A DNA stretch of 63,981 bases, filler included, from Reclinomonas americana ATCC 50394 (lineage: Eukaryota), in assembly GCA_048213135.1 (NCBI GenBank). It is 14 parts of 14 records of this genome, joined end to end, with 100 filler letters (N's around TTAATTAATTAA, not from the genome) between each part and the next. Parts side by side here need not be neighbours in the genome. Positions count along the whole stretch, not along the records: positions 48,593 to 60,127 come from AFZH01022555.1; positions 60,228 to 62,724 come from AFZH01022556.1; positions 62,825 to 63,981 come from AFZH01022578.1; 11 more parts are not named here. One strand, given 5' to 3'. The translations under genes were made by a program, and so were the position numbers. Position 1 is the stretch's first letter. The number at the start of each line of letters is the position of its first letter. This document shows, one piece after another, positions 55,251-63,981 of the stretch. Under the pieces are notes generated by a model. It did no database searches. It had not been told where the DNA came from and was given only the letters and a program-made list of their open reading frames with translations.

Positions 55251-57032
55251 TTAGTCCGACAACTCCAAGTCGGCCGCCGCTGCTTCGCCCTCCAGCACGA
55301 GGCGCGTTGCTCGCATAAACTGCACAAAGTAGAGGGTGTGAGAGCAGAGAAAGTGTGGAAGGAGTGATGAAAGCGAAGAAACTCTCTCTCTCTATGCAAG
55401 AGAAGAAACTCTCTCTCTCTTAATGAAAGAGAAGAAACTCTCTATCTCTCTCTCTCTCTCATAACAGGAGTTGGACGCACCTCATTGAAGTCGACCTTGC
55501 CCGACTGATCGATATCCAAATCTGCAAACGCCAACTGCATGGCATCGTCGGAGGGTGCAGGCCATCCTTGCGCTGCGTGTGCACTTGATGGTGAGCAACT
55601 GCATCCGTGTGCACGATACTATAACGAAAATGACGACAAACCCTGGCAGCAGGAGACCGTCAGGCGTGTCATCTCGGAGAAGTCCAGTGAGCCCGAGCTG
55701 TCAGCCTGCACAGTGTGTCATGTGTGAGTGCTTCTTGCGATTCTCGAGAACGCGCCCCGTGGCATCAGCACACGCAACGTCAGCCGATGTGAACAGTTGT
55801 CGCATTTCCTGGTCGCACGGGGAACACACACAGTGAGCGTATAGCGCAGAGGGAACAAGAGAAAGAGATTGAGAGACTGACCGCCTCGAATCTGTGAAGA
55901 GAAGGAAGATGATAAGCAAATTGCTTGCGACAGCAGGAGGAAATGCACTCGCACGAAACTGTGGTGATGCAACGTAGGCACGATAGTCGCGGCCCAGCTG
56001 CGACTCGGGTGGTGCGTCGCCAGCATCGCTCTCTCCGTCTTCGTCCTGCGCAACAAGTAGAGTCAGCGCCCGGTGCTGTCCGTCCACAGAGGTGCACGCA
56101 CACACACGAAACTGCAGCATCCGCCTCGTCGTCCACCAACGGCTCCACCTCCTTCTCGTTCTGCTTGGCAATCTGGATCTCCTCCAGCTTCTTCATACGC
56201 AGGTCGTATGCCTGTGTCACCCAGTTGAACAGCAAGAAGGCCGGGAACGAGGCGCGCTTGACACGCTCCAGTTGGACCACTGAGGGGCGACAAAATAAGT
56301 GACGTGATGATTGAAAGTGAGAAAGAATCTGCTGCGCTGCGCAACATTGCAAGATCTTGGCCACTCGTCCGTACTTCTTCTGGCGCTTGTCCTCCAGCGG
56401 GTCGTACGCCAGCACCGCATCGATGAACTTCTTTGACGGTCCAATCAACTATTCTCCAGCAGTGAGACTTTTGCTTTTTCACCTCACTCGACACCAAAGA
56501 CGATTGCCAAACCTGTCGGCAAGCATCCCACGACGTCACAGCCGAGCGCGGGCGATTAAAGACAATGTAGTGCACGGCCTTGACGGTCCGGAAGACCTCG
56601 CGCTTGACCTTGGAGTATCGCTTCAGCTCGTCAATCGAGCGGTGATCTGCGGGGAAGAGCATGGGTGAGGGAAAGAGGAGAAAAGGAGAGAGTGGGCTGG
56701 CGGACGCACCCAGTGAACTCTGGATCTGCGAGCGCGCCAACTTGAACAGCTCATGGCTTCGCACACGCTCCTCCTCCGCCTCAATCTCATCCGCCGTCTT
56801 GCCCGTCCGATCAATCTCAATCTCCTTCTCCTTGAGCTGCAACAGGAAGCGCGCCTGCTCCGCAATCAGCCGACGCTGCGCCAGCTGCTCCGCCTGTCGA
56901 CGCTCTTCCTCCTCACGCTGACGCTGCGCCTCGGCCTCGGCCTCGCGACGAGCAATCTCCTCCTGCTCCGCTTGCAGCTGCTGCGCAAAGAGCGCCTTTT
57001 GCTGAACGAGCTCGTGGCGCTCGCTGTCGAGC
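55251..57032 (-). CDS. Coiled-coil + dynein MTBD-like + two-EF-hand protein (first exon not located)
   Basis: IDELKRYSK..EVFRTVKAV...SWDACRQ...KFIDAVLAYDP...VKRASFPAFLLFNWV; EF loops D|ADSSGSLDFSE and DIDQSGKVDFNE|F; TAA at 55251-55253. Confidence 0.75.
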
Positions 57033-57097
57033 TGTGTGGGGGAAGGGTGGTGGGCAAGCGGAAGGGACAAGGAAAACAACAAAGGCTTGTGCGTGTG

Positions 57098-57246
<149 letters not shown>

Positions 57247-57628
57247 CGCAGAAGTGTGGGAGAGATGGATGTGGCTCGAATGCGTTGAGTATTGATTGTC
57301 TTGTCTCTTTCTCTCTCTCACACGCACACTCTCTCTGCTGGTGCGTGTGGTTGCACGCGCACACAAACACGCATTCGCTTCTTTTCGTAACTCTCTCTCT
57401 CTCTCTCTCTTGCAGTCTCTTCTCTCCTCTCTCTCTCTCTCTCTCTGTCTTACCGTTTCTCTGTCTCTCTCTCTCCCCTTCTCTTGCTGCGTCTGTTGCT
57501 CATAATCCGCTCGTCGCTCGTGTTCTCTGTCTCTCATTGTGTCTTCTTCGTCTCTTGTTCTTCTGTCTTTCTCTCACTCTCACTATTCTCTGACCTCTGT
57601 CTCCGCATCTCTCTTTCTTTCTCTCTCG

Positions 57629-58010
57629 CTTGCTTTCTTTCTTCTGCTGTGTCTGTTGCTCTTTCGTTTCCACATGCACACTCACCTGCGCTCCTTCTCT
57701 CTTTGACTCTCTCTCACTCTCTTCCCTTCCCTCCTCTCTCTCTCTCTGGCTTCCTTGCTCTCATTCTTCTGCTGTGTCTTTTGCTCTTTCGTTCGCACAC
57801 ACTGGTGCACACTCCACCTGCGCTCCTTCTCTTGTTGACTCTCTCTCACTCTCTTCCCTTCCCTCTCTCTCTCTCTGTCGTATCTCTCCTCTCTCTCTCT
57901 CTCTCGCTTGCTCTCATTCTTCTGCTGTGTCTGTTGCTCTTTCGTTTCCACATGCACACTCACCGGCGCTCCTTCTCTCTTTGACTGTCTCGCACTCTCT
58001 TCCCTTCCCT
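57629..58010. repeat. Three copies of a roughly 100-nt pyrimidine-rich unit
   Basis: A CTTGCT..TTCTGCTGTGTC..TTGCTCTTTCGTT...CACCTGCGCTCCTTCTCT-like unit recurs near 57629, 57754 and 57907. Confidence 0.8.
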
Positions 58011-58038
58011 TCCCTCTCCCTCTTCCCCCCACCCACAG

Positions 58039-59993
58039 GCCGCACCGAGTACCAGCTGACGGCGGTCGCCCAGCAGCTGCTGCTCAACCTGGGTCCTGAG
58101 TTGTACCAGGCGCGCTGCTCCGACTTGAAGACGTCGGCGGCGCAGGTCGAGCGAACCAAGTTTTTGAAGACAGTTACACTCTCTCTCAATCGTTCATGCA
58201 TTCACCTCGACGCAGTCACCCATTGGTTGTTGAATGTTCGCAGGTGGAGGAGGGCATGGGTCTGTCGGCCATGGATGGCGAGTTGCACAGTTTGCGCTTG
58301 GCGGATTTGCGGCTGGGTGCACAGAGTGCGGTGGTGCTGTCGCGCATGTTGCAGCATGCACTTGTGCGCCACCTCGACGTGTCGAACAATGTGTTGGGCG
58401 ACTATGGTGCGTCTGTCTGCTGTTGTACTCTCCATGTCGTTTCCCGCGTCTCACGCTCTTGCACGGGAGAACAAAAGGCATCATTGCCTGCCTGGCGGTG
58501 CTGAAGACTGCACCGCGACTGACATCGCTCAACCTGTCATGTAACATGTGTGGGCGGAGTGGAATTGCGGCGATTGCACGTGAGGTGGCGGCGTCGACCA
58601 AGGTACGCACGCGAGTGTGCACTTTCTGTGCATTGCGTAAGTCGATGACGGAGCATGTACGCAGCTGCGAGTATTGTCGCTCGGTTGCGCCGGCGGTCAG
58701 CAGGGCGCCAACGACTTGTCAGATCGGAGTGGTGTGGAAATTTTGGAGTCGCTGCTGAGCAATCGTTCGCTGACGGCCGTTGGTGGGTGTGGGGAAGAGG
58801 GACAGAGAAGAGGCAGGGGGAAAAGATAAGGGTGAAGCAAATAGAGACGTCGAAATGAGCAGAAGACTTACAGTGGCTGAGACAAGAAGAATGCAGCGAG
58901 CGAAGAGGGTACGGTGGACTGAGAGCGTTGAAAAGAGAAGAGGAAAAGTAGACTAGGCGACTGTGGGATCGGTACTAAGTAGTGTAGTCACCACATTTGC
59001 AGCAATAGTGAGAGCGGGAGAGAGACCAGGAAGGAGAAGAGAGAAAGGAATGGCAACTGTTGCTAAAAATCATGCTTGTCTCATCACAGATTTCTCATGC
59101 ACACAACTGGGAGTTGTGCGTGGTATGGGCGGCTCCAACGCCTCTTCAGGTCTGGTTGACTTGCAGGCGGAGCGGACAATGGTCGGTGCTGGTTGTGGAG
59201 TCTGTATCTCTCTTTCTCAATACTCACGATTCTTCGCCCGATCAGCGACTCTCCAAACCGATTCGCCAGACGCGCGTGGTGGAGTCGAGTTCTGTGTCTC
59301 GTCTGGATGCATTGTTGAGCACTGTGCCGCTGGATGCGTCGCTGGGCTCCTCCATGTCCAAGACTACACGTGGTGCTGTCACGCCTGCTCATGTGCGTGA
59401 ATGGAGAAGGGAGGAGGGGGGAAGGGGTGAAGGGGTGAATGGAGAGAAGGGGAAGTGGAGAGGGAGAGTAGGTGGATAAGAGGAGAAAGACAACAAGAAG
59501 GAAGAGCGAGTGCAGCAGCAGCAACAGGAGCAGCAAGAGCAGCAGCAGTTAGAGTAGCAGCAGCAAGAGCAGCAGCAGAGCGAGTAGCAGCAGCAAGAGC
59601 AGCAGTAGTACCAACAAGAGCAGATCCAGCATGAGCAGCAACAAGAGCAGCGAGATCGGCAGCAAAGTAGCGAGATCAGCAGCAGCAGCAAAAGCTGCGC
59701 CAGCAGCAAGAGCTGCGCCAGCAGCAAGAGCAGCACCATCAAGAGCAAGAGCAGCACCAGCAAGAGCAGCAGCAGCAGCAGCAGGAACAAGAGCAACAGC
59801 AGCAGCGGCAGCTGGGCATGAGGCGAAGTCAGTGGATGGGCGAACAAGGGGAAGCTGAAGTCTTGAAGATAAAGAACATATGCTTACGAGGCGATGTCGC
59901 CACTGATTGGAGAGACTGTTGTGCATGTTAGTGAGTGCCATCTGTTGAAGATAAGGTTTCTGTTGACCGTGTACGTCTGAGTCACTCTCTCCC

Positions 59994-60030
<37 letters not shown>

Positions 60031-60333
60031 TCTTCTTCTTCTACTTCGTTACTTACGTTACGTTACGTACTTACCGTTTACGTTTTACCGGTACCGGTAC
60101 GTACGTACGTACGTCCGTACCGTACGTNNNNNNNNNNNNNNNNNNNNNNNNNNNNNNNNNNNNNNNNNNNNTTAATTAATTAANNNNNNNNNNNNNNNNN
60201 NNNNNNNNNNNNNNNNNNNNNNNNNNNGTTTCGGTCGACTAGTTTAGGTTAGTAGTAGTCCGACTCTCGTTGTAGAAGTAAGTTACGTTCGTTGTCGTCG
60301 TACGTACGTCGTAGTCGTACTACTCTCCTTCCC

Positions 60334-60370
<37 letters not shown>

Positions 60371-62724
60371 CTTTTAACACTGGTAACGCAGAGTGGCGGC
60401 TGGGCGGAGGACCTCGGTCGGTTACTGGTGCAAGTGCTGGAGGAGACTCCGTTGGTGTCGCTGCGCGTTGGCGAGAACGAGTGGAATGAGGAAGTGATGC
60501 ACTTTCTCGTTCACGGGTTGGAGTTGAGCCACTCTCTCCAGCATATCGATTTTCATGGAAATTTTGTGGGACCACAGGTGAGCGATTGTCACCATTCTGT
60601 GTTCCCTGTGCACTCCCTGTTTCCTGCACACTCACCGCACAAACCATGCAGACCGCCGCGGTGCTGGCCGAGCTCATTGCTTCCGACATGGGCTGGCACA
60701 CGTTGCTGGCCAGTGACACGTCCATGGGCGATGGATCGATTGCGGTGGTGCAAGCATTGGCTGTGAGTCGCGCTATCCCCTCCATTCCACCTCCACCGTT
60801 CGCTCACTGTGGCGTGCACAGCACAATCACTGCCTGGTGTGCATTGATTTGAGCTCGGTGGGGCTCACCGACGAAGGCTGCGAGTTCCTCGGTGCCAGTC
60901 TCGAATCCAACTGCTCGCTCACCGACGTCAACGTCTCCGGCAACCTGTTCACCGAGGCTGGCGCGCGCCATCTCGCCGCCGCGATTCGCGTCAATCCGGT
61001 GCTGGTGCATCTCTCACTGGCCGGCAACCGCGTTCGCGACGATGGCGCCACGGCGATTGCCGAGGCCCTGGCAGTCGATGGGTGCGTTTTTTCTTTGGTG
61101 TCTGCGAATGATGCATTGCGCTGTCGCTCACTGGCTCATCTATCTGCAGAGTTGTGCTGAAGAAGCTTGATTTGAGTTCGTGCTGGATTGGAGTTGAAGG
61201 AGGACTCGCCCTCGGCCAGGCGCTGCAACAGAATCGCTCACTGACAACGGTGGCGATGGCCGACAACTTTTTGACTGAAGGTATGCCGTGGAGAGTTGCT
61301 GGGGTGTGCACGTTGCTTGGTCACTCACGATGGGCGATGATGGTGTGCAGCTTCCGGGCGCCAGTTTGTCGATCTCGTCTCGGTGAACAAGGACCTCTCG
61401 CATGTCGATGTGCGCGGCAACCAAGTGGATCACGCCACGGTGGTGCGACTGACCAAGCACTGCCTGGGCAATAAGCAGCGAAAGGCGGTGAGTATAAGGG
61501 AAGGGTGACTGGGGCAGGAATGGGAGGGAGGGAGGGAGAAAGAGAAAGAGAGGGAGAGGGAGAGGGAGAGGGAGAGGGAGAGGGAGAGGGAAGAGGGAAG
61601 AAAATAAGAAGGGAGGTGGAGAAGGAGAGCACGTCAAAGCAGTGGCTGAGTAAGGAGAGGAGAGTGTGAGAAGTGTGTGATTGGTTGGACAAGACTGGGT
61701 CACGCTTGCGAAACGTGGACCAGAGTTGAACCGTTGACTCCAAGAGTGTGGAAGGTCTGATCGGCAGCTGCTTTGGAGAAGTGAGACGTGGCAGCAGGAG
61801 AGAGAGAGAGAGTTGCAAGTCTGAGCTCGTGGTCGTTGTTCGTTGGCACGTGGCGAGTGAGAAGTGACGCCTGGCCGGTGTAGCATGTGAAAGAGTTGGG
61901 CGCTGTGGAGTTCTTCACGCAAAAGGAGGAGAGTGCGAAGCGAGAACAGGCCAATGCAAGCAAAAGGTAGTTAGTTGCATTGGGCACGAAGCGATTGACG
62001 AGACCTGGCAGTTGATTCTTGTGGCCGTATAGTTGGTGTGAATGAGCAAGGTGGATCTCATACTCATCGTTCTTTGGCACGAAATGAGTGAGAAGGGAGG
62101 GCTACAGAAATAGCACAGTGCATCTGTGTGTGTGCAAGTCAGGCGCGCAACTTGTCTTTCTCACTTGAGTCCGTTGCGTGCCTTCCAACGCTCATTATCT
62201 GTCCTTCGATGCAACGCACAGAGACGAGAGCCGGAGGTACTACGGAGAGAGATCACGCGACTGGAGTTCGAAGCGTCCAAGCTGCCGCAAGTACGCCAGG
62301 AATTGGCGGCCAAGCGCAAGCTACGCAACGCGCTGGTGAACGAGATTCGCACGATTGCGGCGCAATTGGACGGCATTGAGATGGAGCGCTCCAATCGGGA
62401 CGATTCGTTTGCCGGCCGCATTGCGTTGGAGGAGTCGAGCATTGTGAATCTGAAGGAGAGGGTCGCGGAGGCGCAGTCGGAGTATCTGCAGATGCAAAAG
62501 GAACTGGCCGGTCGGAAGGAGCAGATGACGAAGGATCTGGCGAAATTGCGAGCGGCCACTGAGGTGGGTGGGAAAGGGAGAGGGGGGAAGGGGGAAAGAG
62601 AGAGGGGGGAAGGGAGAAGGGGAATGGGGAAGTGGGGAAGGGGGAAGTGGGGGAGGGGAAGGGGAAGGGGGAAGGGGGAAGGGGAAGGGGAAGGGGAAGG
62701 GGGAGGGCGGAGGTGGGAACGTGG
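58039..62724 (+). CDS. RNI-like LRR protein (LRRC74/NLRC3-like repeats) with C-terminal coiled coil; spans the 60128 gap
   Basis: LDVSNNVLGDYG, LTSLNLSCNMCG, LTDVNVSGNLFTEAG, LVHLSLAGNRVRDDG, LKKLDLSSCWIG; coiled-coil exon about 62222-62563; both ends uncertain. Confidence 0.85.
59512..59812. repeat. Degenerate (CAG/CAA/GAG) trinucleotide tract within an intron
   Basis: cagcagcaagagcag units with TAG interruptions. Confidence 0.8.
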
Positions 62725-62842
62725 NNNNNNNNNNNNNNNNNNNNNNNNNNNNNNNNNNNNNNNNNNNNTTAATTAATTAANNNNNNNNNNNNNNNNNNNN
62801 NNNNNNNNNNNNNNNNNNNNNNNNGGTACACTCATCATTGGC

Positions 62843-63981
62843 TTAATACTTGAACTCCACGGCGAAGCTGAAGAACCGATGACCCAGTGCCCCGGCTGCC
62901 GTCGGGCGTCGTCTCGGACTGACAGTCAAGAGTTGCTTCACCAAGTCGACAGCTTCGTCGAGACGACGGCGTTGCCACTCGGTCTGCATTGACGAAGATG
63001 CCATCCGGCGCGTATGCCTGCGCAGTTGCCGCAGCAACCACTTTCGCATGCGGCAGCTGTCTGTGAAGCAGGTATCGTCGTCAATGTCCATGTCGCGCAT
63101 GCGGCAGCCGAGAATGGCCTCGGCAATCACAATGCCGGCACTCCACACGTCAGACGCGAAGTGCCACTTGCACTGGCGCTCCTCACACATCTCCAGCGGA
63201 TTCGGCTGCGACTCTGGCGCCTACAAGCACAAATTCAAAGATCAAACGACTGTGAGGTACCGCAAAACGATGCACCAATTGCAACACAGTTGACGATTGT
63301 ACGCACCCAGTAGCCTTTGGTGCCCACAATTTCAGAGTAGACTGGGTCATCGTCTGGTACGTAAAGTGCCAGACCCCAGTCGATCAGCACCGCCGACATG
63401 TTGGCGCGCGAGAAGCACACATTATCGCTCTTGATATCGCAATGCACGTAACCTTCCGAAACAGCATGTGTAAGTGCCTCAAGAAGCTGTCGTGCCAGCA
63501 TTCCCGCCTCGTCAAGCGACTCTGGCCAGTCACTACCATAGTACGGCATGGAGAATCCAACCCAGTCGCCCTTCGTCGAGCAGTATGCCAGCACGGTCGG
63601 CAGCGTCGCCACTTTCCGCGAACGGAGCTCCTCCAGTACTTGCACTTCGGGTGCCTGCCCGCCAAATGTGGTGTCGCACGGTCGATACTTTAGCCACTTG
63701 ACCACAATGTTCTCGTCTGGGGTAGTGTGCGAAAAGTTGGTTATTGGCGATACACTTGACAGCATTCGCAAAGCAGACTGACGGTTGACATACCAGGGTG
63801 AAGCAGAACGGAGCCGGTCGCTGTTTCATGCAGCCTAACAGCCATCGGGTCCAACAGTTCAGTGTCACTGGTTCCACCGTCAGTGCCGCCCTCACTCTCC
63901 GATTTGGATCCCCGATCGCCGTCTCGGTTTTTGTTATCGCCATCCGTGCCGGATTTGTCGTCGCGCGAGTTGGAACCGCCA
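62843..63981 (-). CDS. Divergent Ser/Thr protein kinase (5' end uncertain)
   Basis: IVVKW, VHCDIKSDNV, LIDWGLA, GTKGYW|APE, SDVWSAG, RRPTAAGALGHRFF. Confidence 0.85.

Noticed and set aside
55251..55254. Apparent overlapping stop codons of convergent genes
   Set aside because: The simplest splice of the plus-strand gene ends at TAA 55122-55124, so the overlap is unsupported.

Overview
GC-rich, intron-dense eukaryotic (protist-like) genomic scaffold; the taxon cannot be assigned from sequence alone. It has 14 segments joined by 13 artificial 100-nt linkers (44 N + TTAATTAATTAA + 44 N), and some genes continue across them. About 30 spliced protein-coding genes are supported, with mostly 50-90 nt GT-AG introns and the standard genetic code. 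They include SKI2, a TKL kinase, a 2OG-Fe(II) oxygenase, a membrane RING protein, LRR proteins, an SH3 protein, an L-type lectin, three WD40 proteins, a TBC1D20-like RabGAP, BRCC36, an H2A.X-like histone, two tandem MATH genes, a class I/II aminotransferase, organellar bL21, a WW-DH-PH protein and a dynein MTBD-like/EF-hand protein. The main observation is a C-terminal motif of about 55 aa (TPxxxxxxE[VL]xA...LDD[ST]D...WCLxxxVLRC) that I do not recognise, shared by two WD40 and two MATH proteins at three loci; it is a candidate adaptor box for a family of substrate receptors. Other leads: a 93-aa twin-CX3C micro-protein missed by the ORF track, a degenerate DH domain, a possible multipass-receptor/TKL fusion across a gap, and long introns with purine-rich 5' ends and pyrimidine-rich 3' ends. 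Gene models were spliced by eye. No rRNA, tRNA, CRISPR array or transposon was recognised.
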